Source of the DNA: an uncultured Candidatus Saccharibacteria bacterium | Lineage (GTDB): Bacteria; Patescibacteriota; Saccharimonadia; Saccharimonadales; UBA10212 | Direction of reading: 5' to 3' | DNA length: 64,000 bases | Assembly (NCBI GenBank): GCA_964483315.1 | Contig: CAZAAL010000001.1 | Coordinates: forward strand, 274,733-338,732 | Shown here: positions 1-9,582 of the stretch, piece after piece | Layout of the letters: each line of letters begins with the position of its first letter | How positions within the stretch are numbered: the stretch's first letter is position 1 | Made by a program: the position numbers and the translations under genes | The notes under the pieces: generated by a model | What the model was told of the DNA's origin: nothing | The model's database searches: none | Seen by the model: the letters and a program-made list of their open reading frames with translations, nothing else

Positions 1-2
1 TA

Positions 3-1232
3 AAAGTCGAAGACGGAAACGAAAAAGCACCAATCGACCCACTTACCGAAAAAGCCGAAGAAGCTGTAATCAAACTTGACGAGTCCAAACTTAGCCCAGT
101 AGGCGAAAAAACAATTGAGCCGTCTGACGAACTTAAGGCCGAAATGAAACAATCAGCTGATGCAAAAGTGCAAGATGAATCTACAGATGAGACCCTAGAC
201 CAACAAACCAAAGATCCGTCTGAGGTTGATAACAAAGAACAAGAACCTTCAGTACTTGAACCTGATGAACCAGTTGACGAGTCAAAAACTGAGCCAGAAA
301 AGGAAGAGCCAAAGCCAGATCAAAAATCAGAACCACAAAAATCAAAATCAGAACAAGTTGGTAACGAATCGGCTGTAAATACGGTGTTAGGCGAGGCTGG
401 AACCGCTAAACAGCAAGAAGTCCAACAGCTCGAAAAAGATGAAAAAGTAAAAAAGCTAGTAGACGAAGGTAAATATGTTTTGCCGATAGGCCAACCCAGG
501 AAGCATCATGGCAAAATCGGCTTTATGAAGGGCTTAGCGATCTTTTTGGTGGCATTTATTGTTTTTAGCACAGGAATGGTTTTAGCCATCGATGCCGAAC
601 TTGTAAAAGTAAATATAAAACTGCCCTTTGACTTAATTAAAAAATCCCAGCCAGCCGATGATGCAATAGTAACTCCACCTGTTCAACAAACTCCCCCAAC
701 ACCACCAAGTCAAAAACCTGAAGATAAAAAAGTTGAAGAAATTACAGAAACCACTTGCTTAAAACCCGCAGTGGAAGGTAGCCTACTAATCTGTAATCTA
801 ACAGACTTAGGAATCAAGTTTAGCTATCCTACTGCGTGGAATGTTGAAGGAGTCGTAAAGGTAGCCGAAACAAATAAATATGAAACAAAAATTGGCTCAG
901 AAGAAGGTATTTACAAGTATGATTCAATCAAAAAACAATGGATTAATAAATCTACTAATAAAGCAGACTATATTCCGAGCGTAATCACTACTAACAAGAA
1001 CTTCACTGTTTATGATTTAGGCGGTGACGTCGATGTTGGCAGTAGCTCCGTATCAGGTTGCCATTATAGTAAGCTAGCATTCGAAGTTAAAAACAATATT
1101 GTGATTGTCGATGGGTCGACTGCTTGCGCAACTACTGCTACCAATCCGGATGGTAGTACGGACGTGAAGTATACAATCGCCCAACAAAACATAGATATTG
1201 AAAACTTTGCTAAATCGATAACTAACCTGTAG
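3..1232 (+). CDS. hypothetical membrane-anchored protein, 5'-partial at window edge
   Basis: Frame 3 has no stop from nt 3 to the first ATG at 144. The upstream translation has the same acidic/Lys/Pro-rich composition. One TM helix (LAIFLVAFIVFSTGMVLAI) is followed by a ~200-aa extracytoplasmic domain. No family recognised. Confidence 0.55.
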   Translation, partial: KVEDGNEKAPIDPLTEKAEEAVIKLDESKLSPVGEKTIEPSDELKAEMKQSADAKVQDESTDETLDQQTKDPSEVDNKEQEPSVLEPDEPVDESKTEPEKEEPKPDQKSEPQKSKSEQVGNESAVNTVLGEAGTAKQQEVQQLEKDEKVKKLVDEGKYVLPIGQPRKHHGKIGFMKGLAIFLVAFIVFSTGMVLAIDAELVKVNIKLPFDLIKKSQPADDAIVTPPVQQTPPTPPSQKPEDKKVEEITETTCLKPAVEGSLLICNLTDLGIKFSYPTAWNVEGVVKVAETNKYETKIGSEEGIYKYDSIKKQWINKSTNKADYIPSVITTNKNFTVYDLGGDVDVGSSSVSGCHYSKLAFEVKNNIVIVDGSTACATTATNPDGSTDVKYTIAQQNIDIENFAKSITNL

Positions 1233-1280
1233 CTACTAGTTATACAAAAAGCATTCATAACATTTAGCTGTTAAAATTAG

Positions 1281-3416
1281 TTGGTGCAAGATAAACTTTT
1301 TGAAGGATTAAACTCGGAACAAAAACGGGCGGTAAAAACAACTGAAGGCCCTCTTTTAATTTTGGCTGGCGCCGGTAGCGGCAAAACAAAAACACTTACC
1401 CATAGAATCGCTTATCTTATATCCGAGCATAAGGCTACCCCCTACAACATTCTTGCTGTTACTTTTACTAACAAAGCTGCCCGCGAAATGCGCGAAAGGA
1501 TTGCCGCACTAATTGGTGGCAGCCCAGATGATAGAGCATTTTTGCCATATATGGGCACGTTTCATGGCATATGCGTAAGACTGCTCAGGCAAGATGGCGA
1601 ACATATCGGTGTACCAAAAAATTTTGTAATCTGGGATGAATCAGATAGATTGGCAGCTGTAAAACAAGTTTGCAAGCAACTCTATATTGACGAAAAGGCA
1701 TATCCTCCTAGGGTGCTAACAAGCTTAATCAGCTCAGCTAAAAATGAACTTATTGAACCAAATGAGTATGCCAGTATGGCATCTAGTCCGACTCAAAATA
1801 ATGCCAGTAAAGTTTATCCGTTATATGAGCAGTTATTAAAAGAGGGTGGAGCGCTAGATTTTGACGATTTAATCGCCAAAACTGTTGAGATGCTTGAGAA
1901 ATCCCCCGATTCAAGGTTTAAATGGCAAAATCAATTTAAGTACATAATGATTGACGAATACCAGGACACTAACTCAGCTCAGTATAAACTAGTAAAACTT
2001 TTAGTTGGCGAGCAAAAAAACATTGCTGTTGTAGGCGACGACTGGCAAAGTATTTATTCCTGGCGAGGAGCTGATTTTAAAAATATACTTAACTTTGAAC
2101 GAGATTACCCAGACGCTGTAATTATTAAGCTCGAACAAAACTATCGAAGCACCAAGCATATACTGGATGCTGCCCATGCCGTGATAGCCAAAAACGCTCA
2201 CCGTAGCGATAAAAAGTTGTGGACAAACGATAACAGCGGTTCGCCGGTTCAGGTTCTGGCGGTAAATAACGAACGCGCCGAAGGCGAAGCAATTGTAAGA
2301 CGCGTAAAAACATCAGTTGATATTAGCGCCAGAAAATACAAGGATTTTGCAGTACTTTACCGAACCAACGCACAAAGCCGAGCAGTTGAAGAAGTTTTTG
2401 TGCACTATAACATCCCATACAGAATAGTTGGTGGGGTCAGGTTTTATGATCGAAAAGAAGTCAAAGACATAATGGCCTATCTAAGATTAATCTATCAACC
2501 TGAAGATATTGTCAGCTTTGAAAGAATTGCCAATGTGCCAACCAGAGGGCTTGGTGCCGTATCTTTGCAAAAATTTATGCAGTGGCGAGCTAAGAAGGGC
2601 CTTAGTCAATTAACGGCTCTTGAGTTTGTAAAAGAGTGCGAGGATATTACACCAAAGGCTCGCCATGCTCTATCAGTGTTGGCGGATATTGTGCTAAGTT
2701 ATCGGGCAATGCTCGACGAGCTGACTGTTCAGGCTTTAATCGATTCGCTAATTAGGCGCCTGGACTACCTCAATTATTTAGATGATGGTACGGTGCAAGG
2801 TACAGCACGTCAAGAAAACGTAAAAGAACTCTTGAGCGTGGCTCACGAATATCAAGATTTGGGCCTAGCCGGATTTTTGGAAGAGGTAAGTTTAGTAAGT
2901 GATGTTGATTCGGCCAATTTTAGTGACGATGTGGTAACTTTGATGACTCTTCATTCAGCTAAAGGATTGGAATTCCCGGTGGTATTTATGACTGGGATGG
3001 AAGAGTCAATCATGCCCCACAGTCGTGCGCTTTATGATCAGCACGAAATGGAAGAAGAAAGGCGACTTTGTTATGTCGGAATGACCAGGGCAAAACAGGA
3101 GCTTTATTTAATTCATGCCAACATGCGATCACTATATGGGGGCATGCAACATAATCCTCCAAGTAGATTTATCGCTGATATAGGGGGCGAATCAGTAACA
3201 GAGGGTGTGTCGGCAGATATCTATAACAACCTACAAACACCGATTAGTGACGAACCAAGATATGTGCCAGAACTTTATGAGGGCGACAACATTAACCACC
3301 AGATTTTTGGCACTGGGACAATCCTAGAACTAGACGGTGAAAACGCTGTGATTTATTTTAAAGGCCGGGGCACCAAAAAGATAAACATCGCATTCGCACC
3401 AATCAAAAAAGCCTAA
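1281..3416 (+). CDS. pcrA: ATP-dependent DNA helicase PcrA/UvrD (SF1)
   Basis: TTG start. Walker A is AGAGSGKTKT. Motifs DEYQDTN, VGDDWQSIYSWRGA and QNYRST are present, with a C-terminal Tudor-like tail (IFGTGTILELDGENAVIYF). Confidence 0.93.
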   Translation: MVQDKLFEGLNSEQKRAVKTTEGPLLILAGAGSGKTKTLTHRIAYLISEHKATPYNILAVTFTNKAAREMRERIAALIGGSPDDRAFLPYMGTFHGICVRLLRQDGEHIGVPKNFVIWDESDRLAAVKQVCKQLYIDEKAYPPRVLTSLISSAKNELIEPNEYASMASSPTQNNASKVYPLYEQLLKEGGALDFDDLIAKTVEMLEKSPDSRFKWQNQFKYIMIDEYQDTNSAQYKLVKLLVGEQKNIAVVGDDWQSIYSWRGADFKNILNFERDYPDAVIIKLEQNYRSTKHILDAAHAVIAKNAHRSDKKLWTNDNSGSPVQVLAVNNERAEGEAIVRRVKTSVDISARKYKDFAVLYRTNAQSRAVEEVFVHYNIPYRIVGGVRFYDRKEVKDIMAYLRLIYQPEDIVSFERIANVPTRGLGAVSLQKFMQWRAKKGLSQLTALEFVKECEDITPKARHALSVLADIVLSYRAMLDELTVQALIDSLIRRLDYLNYLDDGTVQGTARQENVKELLSVAHEYQDLGLAGFLEEVSLVSDVDSANFSDDVVTLMTLHSAKGLEFPVVFMTGMEESIMPHSRALYDQHEMEEERRLCYVGMTRAKQELYLIHANMRSLYGGMQHNPPSRFIADIGGESVTEGVSADIYNNLQTPISDEPRYVPELYEGDNINHQIFGTGTILELDGENAVIYFKGRGTKKINIAFAPIKKA

Positions 3417-3445
3417 TAAAAGTTTAAAGCTGACCCCGTTAACTA

Positions 3446-3481
3446 ACTACATAATTGGTACATATGTACCAATTATGTAGT
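3446..3481. repeat. palindrome A (perfect; CTACATAATTGGTACATATGTACCAATTATGTAG core)
   Basis: Read directly. The 34-bp core 3447-3480 is its own reverse complement, and one further A:T pair extends it. It lies 30 nt after the pcrA stop. Confidence 0.95.
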
Positions 3482-3510
3482 ACAGCAACAACTTTTTGCC
3501 CAAAAAACAT

Positions 3511-3544
3511 CTACATAAAAATAACATATGTACCAATTATGTAG
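3511..3544. repeat. palindrome B (chimeric arms: left CTACATAAAAATAACAT, right ATGTACCAATTATGTAG)
   Basis: The outer 8 bp and inner ACATATGT are palindromic and the central N5 differs between arms. The left arm equals the copy F arm and the right arm equals the copy A arm. Its centre is 64 bp from the centre of A. Confidence 0.9.
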
Positions 3545-3631
3545 TACGACAGGATCTGGCAAAGTGTACAGTAGCTTTTATTGGTTATGAGTTGATTGTA
3601 AAAAAACAAATAAAAATGTATTTTTAATTGG

Positions 3632-4099
3632 ATGATTAAGCAGGCTAGGGCGATAATTTCAAAATCAATTTACTATATTGGACTGCCAGTTGTTTATCTA
3701 GAATTTAAAGACTCAACTAGGGCATATCTGCTGTTAGAGGCATCTGGGCAGGTACTATTTGTTAAAAGTTGGTTTGGCAATCAAAAGTACAAATTGCCGG
3801 GCGGTGGCCTAAAAAAGGGTGAAGACCCAAAAAATGGCGTAGTCCGCGAAGTAAATGAAGAAACAGGCCTTTCAATTGACCCTAGCCAACTAAATTTAAT
3901 ACTAGATTTACAACAAAGTCATGCAGGGGCAAATTATCGTCACTTGGTTTATAAACTAAAACTTGAAGAGCAAAAATGGCCCAAACCAGCAAAGTTCGAA
4001 ATAATGGAGGCAGTTTGGTTGAGTCCAAGCATTATAAATCTGTCCAATTCAAATCAAGCGACAATTAAAGCACTCAAGACCGCCGGACTTGTTAGCTAA
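3632..4099 (+). CDS. NUDIX hydrolase
   Basis: Complete Nudix box GGLKKGEDPKNGVVREVNEETGL (GX5EX7REUXEEXGU). Confidence 0.85.
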   Translation: MIKQARAIISKSIYYIGLPVVYLEFKDSTRAYLLLEASGQVLFVKSWFGNQKYKLPGGGLKKGEDPKNGVVREVNEETGLSIDPSQLNLILDLQQSHAGANYRHLVYKLKLEEQKWPKPAKFEIMEAVWLSPSIINLSNSNQATIKALKTAGLVS

Positions 4100-4186
4100 G
4101 GTAGCATTTTGCTATAATGAGTTAGCCTAAGGAGCGTGTATTGATGTTGCCAATTTTCGGTTGTATCCAGCTCTTTATTAGCACCT

Positions 4187-5419
4187 ATGAAGTTATTTAA
4201 TAATAGAAAATCCACAAAACAATATTCTTTGCGCACAAGGGGTAAAGAGGGACTAAAAAAACATCCGTATGTCATACCGACACTTGGAATAATTTTTGGG
4301 TTTATTTTTCTATTGGGCGCGTTTGTGAGTATGGGCGGTGAAACCGTGGGGCCAAGCGACTCTAGGGTAGTCAGTGTTTTTGTAGACGGCCAAGAGCGGA
4401 CAGTAGCCACTAGGGCTCAAACAGTTGGCGAGCTTACTCAAAAGCTAAATCTGGATATAATAGATGAAGATATAGTTGAACCCGCGCTCGAAACACCTTT
4501 GACATCGGACGACATGCATGTAAACATTTACCGCGCAAAGGCTGTAACGGTAATCGATGGAGCCAACAAAACTGCTGTGCTAAGTGCCCATAAAAGTCCA
4601 AGGCTAATTGCTTCAAACGCTGGTGTTGAAGTTTTTCCTGAGGATAACGCTAATTTTGAGCAAGGCGATATAAGACAAGGCATTGTTGGTCAAAAAGTTG
4701 TAATAGATAGAGCGGTTCCGTTAAATGTGGTCTTATACGGAAGCGTTTTGCCAGCTCGTACACAAGCTCAAACAGTTGGTGAATTGTTATCCGAAAAGTC
4801 AATTAAAATCAACGAAGGTGATACGCTCAGCCCTGCTCCAGAAACGCCGATTACTGAAGGTATGCAAGTTGTTTTATCTAGATTTGGCCAACAAGTGGTT
4901 GTGCAAGAAGAGCAGATTCCAGCACCGGTTGAATATGTGCCAGACTCAAACTTGCCTGCAGGTACCCGTAAAGTTTTAGAACCTGGAACCCCAGGTAAAA
5001 AAGTTGTGACTTATCAAATTCAGTTAGAAAACGGTGTCGAGATTGGTCGAACAATTATCCAGGAAGCCGTACTGACTCAGCCAGTAAAAGAAAGAGTCGC
5101 CAAAGGAACAAAGGTAGCCTTTAGTGATGTTTCGGGTAGCAAAGCCCAAATTATGGCCGCTGCTGGCATCAGCCCATCTGATTACGGTTATGTTGATTAT
5201 ATAATCTCCAGAGAATCGCGTTGGAACGCTGGCGCAATGAACTCTAGTGGGTGTTGGGGTCTTGGACAAGCCTGCCCGGGTAGCAAACTAGCGATTGCCT
5301 GCCCAAATTGGCAAAATGATCCAGTTTGTCAAATTAGCTGGTTTTCTGGCTACGCAAATGGCCGGTATGGCAGTTGGGGCGGGGCATATCAAGCATGGAT
5401 TAGCAAGGGTTGGTGGTGA
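4187..5419 (+). CDS. RpfB-like cell-wall protein (DUF348-type repeats, G5 domain, C-terminal transglycosylase-like domain)
   Basis: N-terminal TM helix. Repeated VxVxVDGxxxxVxTxAxTVGELL modules. G5-like PAGTRKVLEPGTPGKKVVTYQ. Cys-rich C-terminus IISRESRWNAGAMNSSGCWGLGQ. Confidence 0.72.
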   Translation: MKLFNNRKSTKQYSLRTRGKEGLKKHPYVIPTLGIIFGFIFLLGAFVSMGGETVGPSDSRVVSVFVDGQERTVATRAQTVGELTQKLNLDIIDEDIVEPALETPLTSDDMHVNIYRAKAVTVIDGANKTAVLSAHKSPRLIASNAGVEVFPEDNANFEQGDIRQGIVGQKVVIDRAVPLNVVLYGSVLPARTQAQTVGELLSEKSIKINEGDTLSPAPETPITEGMQVVLSRFGQQVVVQEEQIPAPVEYVPDSNLPAGTRKVLEPGTPGKKVVTYQIQLENGVEIGRTIIQEAVLTQPVKERVAKGTKVAFSDVSGSKAQIMAAAGISPSDYGYVDYIISRESRWNAGAMNSSGCWGLGQACPGSKLAIACPNWQNDPVCQISWFSGYANGRYGSWGGAYQAWISKGWW

Positions 5420-5431
5420 TAATATAATCCT

Positions 5432-6007
5432 ATGAATCTTCAGTGCGTCAGATGCAGTAAATCATTCGAAAGACCGCTAAAAGACGTCAACAGAGGAAGA
5501 GTTAAGTATTGTAGTAGAGTTTGCTCGGATGAGCATAAAAAAGAAAAAGCGCTAATATATGCCAAAAAAGTTATACAAAACGACAAAAAACAATGTAAAG
5601 CTTGTGATGCAACAAAACCATTATCAAGTTTCCCTAAATCAAAAGATAGCTACACGGGTTATTTTTCTTATTGCATTGAATGCAGAAGAGACTTAAATCG
5701 AGCACAAGACAAAAAGAGATGGTCAGAAAAAAAAGAGAAACTGATTGCTCAAAGAAGAAATGCACATTTACGTCGGGAGTTTGGAATCACAACTGAACAC
5801 TATGAGCAACTACTAAACACGCAAAAAGGTGTTTGCGCAATTTGCAAAGAAAGCAAACAGTATAAACTTTTAGCTGTTGATCATGACCATACAACTGGGA
5901 TAATAAGAGGCATTCTTTGCGAAAACTGTAATCGAGCTTTAGGAATGTTTAAGGACGATGAAAACAGATTGCAAAACGCGATAGAGTACCTAAAAGCAAA
6001 TGGATAA
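5432..6007 (+). CDS. recombination endonuclease VII-family (HNH-type) nuclease with N-terminal CxxC zinc-ribbon motifs
   Basis: CAICKESK...LAVDHDHTTGIIRGILCENCNRALGMF is the Endonuclease_7 signature. Upstream CxxC pairs are present. It overlaps the rsmA start by 8 nt. Confidence 0.8.
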   Translation: MNLQCVRCSKSFERPLKDVNRGRVKYCSRVCSDEHKKEKALIYAKKVIQNDKKQCKACDATKPLSSFPKSKDSYTGYFSYCIECRRDLNRAQDKKRWSEKKEKLIAQRRNAHLRREFGITTEHYEQLLNTQKGVCAICKESKQYKLLAVDHDHTTGIIRGILCENCNRALGMFKDDENRLQNAIEYLKANG

Positions 6008-6788
6008 CTTACCCAAAAAATCTTTAGGTCAGCATTGGCTAGTTGACGAACATGCCTTAAAGGAGATTTGCGACAGTGCTAATCTAAGCCAAACTGATAC
6101 TGTACTTGAAATTGGTCCAGGGCAAGGCGCACTTACAAAGTATCTAGTTAAAGAAGTCAAACAAGTTATTGCAGTTGAGTTTGATCTTGAATTGGCTAAA
6201 AACTTAAAATCCAGAATTAATTCTAACAACCTTACTATTATCAATATGGATATTCTTAAATTTGATTTTTCAAGCCTGCCAACAGGCTATAAATTAGTTG
6301 CCAATATACCTTACTATCTGACTAGCCATTTGTTCAGAGGTATAAGTGAATCAACTAATCCGCCATCCAGTGCAGTAATTTTGGTCCAAAAAGAGGTAGC
6401 CGAACGTATATGCGCCGGTCCTGGCCAAATGAGCATACTAAGCGTGAGTGTTCAGATGTATTTTGAAGCTAGTTTGGGACTAACTGTTCCTGCCAGTTCT
6501 TTTGAGCCTAAACCAAAAGTAGATTCACAAGTAGTTAAGCTTCACAGACTTAAAAAACCGCTATTTGAAAGTATCAACCAAAAACAATTTTTTAGAATTG
6601 TTAAAGCCGGTTTTTCAGCAAAACGTAAAAAATTACGATCAAGTTTAAGCGGTGGGCTTGGCATCGAAAAAACTCAAACCGAACAGTTACTATCTACTGC
6701 AAAAATTGATCCTAACTTGCGTGCACAAAATCTTAGTTTGCAAGATTGGCATAAGATATATGTCGCTTATGCTAAAATCTGGAATTAG
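6000..6788 (+). CDS. rsmA: 16S rRNA (adenine1518/1519-N6)-dimethyltransferase
   Basis: LGQHWL, SAM motif EIGPGQGALT and ANIPYYLTS. Confidence 0.92.
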   Translation: MDNLPKKSLGQHWLVDEHALKEICDSANLSQTDTVLEIGPGQGALTKYLVKEVKQVIAVEFDLELAKNLKSRINSNNLTIINMDILKFDFSSLPTGYKLVANIPYYLTSHLFRGISESTNPPSSAVILVQKEVAERICAGPGQMSILSVSVQMYFEASLGLTVPASSFEPKPKVDSQVVKLHRLKKPLFESINQKQFFRIVKAGFSAKRKKLRSSLSGGLGIEKTQTEQLLSTAKIDPNLRAQNLSLQDWHKIYVAYAKIWN

Positions 6789-7514
6789 ATGGAACAAAAG
6801 CGTTTGCTAAAAAACCGAATCGTATTGGCAATAATCCTAATCTTGTTTTTGAGTGCCTCAGTTAATTTAATTCGAAACATTAATTCTACCTCCAATACCG
6901 ATGATCAAGGTAAACCCTACGACATATCAGATCAAATAAAAACGCCACAAGTTCCAAATAAAACTTTTAAAAGCCAAAATCTTGGGCTAGAGTTTGTTTA
7001 TCCTAACGAATGGAATGTGAGTCAAGGCTTTAGTGAACAGTACGGGCTCGGTCAGACTCCAAGCCTATCAGTAAAATCGCCTAGCGGAGTGGCAATAAGC
7101 ATCGAACCCTCATACACAAGCGTTCAGGCTGGATGCCAACACAATATCTTTGATAAACCACACAATACCTTAGATTGCACAACTATCGAGGTCTTGTCGC
7201 GCCAAAAAATTAATTTAAAATCACCAGAGGGTGACGTGTATATTATTAGGGCTCTTTATACACCTGCTAGAGCAAAAGGATCTTCGGCTCCAACACCATC
7301 AAAATATGTAGTGATGATTAGCTCTGATCAAAAACTGGTAAACAGTCAAACTGCTTTAGCTGGCAATTGGCTGGATAAGGGGATTGTTATGCTAGACGAT
7401 AAGTATTTAACCGTTAGTATTGATGGTGTAAGTGGTTATGATAAGAATTTTTATCAAAACCCAGATATAAAACAAGCCGAACAAATTCTATCAACACTTG
7501 CAAACTACAACTAG
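6789..7514 (+). CDS. hypothetical N-terminally anchored secreted protein
   Basis: N-terminal TM/signal anchor (IVLAIILILFLSASVNLI). No recognisable domain. Confidence 0.55.
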   Translation: MEQKRLLKNRIVLAIILILFLSASVNLIRNINSTSNTDDQGKPYDISDQIKTPQVPNKTFKSQNLGLEFVYPNEWNVSQGFSEQYGLGQTPSLSVKSPSGVAISIEPSYTSVQAGCQHNIFDKPHNTLDCTTIEVLSRQKINLKSPEGDVYIIRALYTPARAKGSSAPTPSKYVVMISSDQKLVNSQTALAGNWLDKGIVMLDDKYLTVSIDGVSGYDKNFYQNPDIKQAEQILSTLANYN

Positions 7515-7819
7515 TCGGTTTTAACCTTTTCATTGTAATAAATAAATAGCAGGCAGAGAGTTAAAAAAACATATACGTTTAAAAGTATTGTTTCAACCTG
7601 AACTCCATAGATACTAAACAGAGATTTATTTTCAAAATAAGTCCAAATGTTCCACTTGACTGCAAAATATTCTGAAAAAGCGTAGATTACGCCCAGGGCT
7701 ACTGAACATAAAATTAGTTTTGAATATTTTCTAATCGTACCTCTACACAAAATTAATAAAGCTAAAATAATCGGTACGATAACTATGTGAAAGCTTATTA
7801 GGTATGTTAAATCACCCAT
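7511..7819 (-). CDS. small polytopic membrane protein, lycopene-cyclase-domain-like (second half of a pair)
   Basis: About 100 aa with 3 predicted TM helices. It overlaps its upstream partner by 8 nt. The assignment rests mainly on pairing with 7812-8105. Confidence 0.45.
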   Translation of the reverse strand: MGDLTYLISFHIVIVPIILALLILCRGTIRKYSKLILCSVALGVIYAFSEYFAVKWNIWTYFENKSLFSIYGVQVETILLNVYVFLTLCLLFIYYNEKVKTD

Positions 7820-8105
7820 AAATTTTTTTATTTAACACAATAAAAATACTAGTCACTAAAGCAGGGAATAGTAAAAAAGACATATATTCCTCAATTGGTA
7901 GATTGGCAAAATAGTAACCGAAATTATTATTCCCAAATGCCCAAATATTTATGCTTACTCCCCAAATGTCCCATATAATACCTACGCTAACAAGCAGAGT
8001 GCTAATCAATATCAAGTTTATGTATGATTTTAAGATTTTACCGTAAAGTAACCACAGAGTAATTAGTGGAACAATCTGAAAAATAATGACCCATATAAAA
8101 TGCAT
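7812..8105 (-). CDS. small polytopic membrane protein, lycopene-cyclase-domain-like
   Basis: Start moved to the ATG at 8105, which is preceded by AAGGAAG. The 8180 start would overlap the divergent marR. Three TM helices and a PxEE-type motif (LPIEEY), as in CrtYc/CrtYd-type half cyclases. Confidence 0.5.
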   Translation of the reverse strand: MHFIWVIIFQIVPLITLWLLYGKILKSYINLILISTLLVSVGIIWDIWGVSINIWAFGNNNFGYYFANLPIEEYMSFLLFPALVTSIFIVLNKKIYG

Positions 8106-8164
8106 CGTCACTTCCTTATTATAAATACTTGACGTGTTAAGTAAATATGATAATCTAGAAACAG

Positions 8165-8620
8165 ATGAACAAAAAAGCACCCCGGGACCAGTTAGCGTAT
8201 TCCCTGCACCGATTGACGTTTATTTTACAACATATAAGCGAAGATTTATTGCAGGAAAAATTAGGGATTGGTTTTTCACAGTTCAAATTGATGATTGGCA
8301 TGGCTAAGCACCCCGGTGACGATCAGCAGCATTTAGCTAAATATCTTGGTCAGACAGAGGCAAGCATTAGTAGGCAAATTAAGCTTATGAAAGATATGGG
8401 GTTGGTTAAAATCGAAAAAGATAAAAAAGATTCACGCCGACGTCATCTTTATTTAACCACCAAAGGCTATAACCATTTTGAAAAAGCTCAAAAATTGCTT
8501 GAGCAAAAACATCGCGAAGTTTTGCACGGTTTGTCGGACTCGGATATAAAAAAATTTAACAAATACTTGGACAGCATGCTAAGTGCCGTCGGGTGCGATT
8601 TAGATTTTATTAGGCACTAA
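8165..8620 (+). CDS. MarR-family transcriptional regulator
   Basis: Winged-HTH region LGQTEASISRQIKLMKDMGLVKIEKDKKDSRRRHLYLTTKG. It heads an operon with an ABC transporter. Confidence 0.8.
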   Translation: MNKKAPRDQLAYSLHRLTFILQHISEDLLQEKLGIGFSQFKLMIGMAKHPGDDQQHLAKYLGQTEASISRQIKLMKDMGLVKIEKDKKDSRRRHLYLTTKGYNHFEKAQKLLEQKHREVLHGLSDSDIKKFNKYLDSMLSAVGCDLDFIRH

Positions 8621-8622
8621 TT

Positions 8623-9582
8623 ATGGACTCCAAATATATTATTCAGGTTAAAAATTTAGATAAATCCTACAAAGACTTAAAAGTTTTACAGGGTGTTGAT
8701 TTTAACGTTGAGCGCGGTTCTATTACAGCACTGCTGGGTCCTAATGGTGCTGGCAAAACTACTATTGTAAAAATTTTGAGCACACTTTTAAAGGCCGATA
8801 ATGGTACGGTTATGATTAATGGTTTTGATATTGTCGAACAAGCTGAAGAAGTTCGTGGCAGTATTGGCTTAACCAGCCAGGCCTCAGCGGTAGATGAATA
8901 CTTAACAGGTAAAGATAATCTGGTTATGATGGGTCGACTGCTTAGGTTGCCAAAAAAAGAGGCAACAAAAAGAGCTGATGAGCTTTTAAAAGAATTCGAT
9001 TTAGTTAAGGCCGGTGGCCGACAAGTTAAAACGTATTCTGGCGGAATGAAGCGCCGATTAGATATTGCTCTAAGCCTAGTTGTTTATCCACCAATTTTAT
9101 TTTTAGATGAGCCAACTACTGGGCTTGATCCGCGGAGCCGATTACGGCTTTGGGGGGTGATTCAAAAACTATCTGAAAGTGGTACGACTGTACTTTTAAC
9201 AACTCAATACCTAGAAGAGGCCGATCAGTTGGCCGATAAAATTATGGTAATTGATGGCGGTAAAGTTATTGCCGAAGGCACGTCTGATCAGCTTAAAAAC
9301 AAAGTTGGCGGCGAACGTTTAGTACTTAATTTTGCCAGTGACGAAGAACTTCAAAAAGCCAAGTTATTACTCAAAAAACACAGGCTAGAAGTTGACGAAC
9401 AGCAAAAAACAATTAGTTTTGCTTCAACCAAAGGGGTGGCTCAACTAAAAGAGACACTTGAGCTTCTTGATGGGGTAAAAATTCAAGAGGCAGCTATTCG
9501 AAAACCAACGCTCGATGACGTGTTCTTAAAACTCACTGGTCATGGTGCCGAAGTTAAAGAGTCTAGCGAGGATGACCAATGA
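8623..9582 (+). CDS. ABC transporter ATP-binding protein (DrrA/ABC-2 type)
   Basis: Walker A GPNGAGKTT, signature YSGGMKRRL and Walker B ILFLDEPT. Confidence 0.9.
   Translation: MDSKYIIQVKNLDKSYKDLKVLQGVDFNVERGSITALLGPNGAGKTTIVKILSTLLKADNGTVMINGFDIVEQAEEVRGSIGLTSQASAVDEYLTGKDNLVMMGRLLRLPKKEATKRADELLKEFDLVKAGGRQVKTYSGGMKRRLDIALSLVVYPPILFLDEPTTGLDPRSRLRLWGVIQKLSESGTTVLLTTQYLEEADQLADKIMVIDGGKVIAEGTSDQLKNKVGGERLVLNFASDEELQKAKLLLKKHRLEVDEQQKTISFASTKGVAQLKETLELLDGVKIQEAAIRKPTLDDVFLKLTGHGAEVKESSEDDQ

Noticed and set aside
3446-3544. The palindromic repeats as a CRISPR array or integron attC sites.
   Set aside because: There are never more than two adjacent copies, no regular repeat-spacer periodicity and no cas or intI genes. 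The conserved AAC...GTT is at the centre of the element rather than at its ends as in attC.
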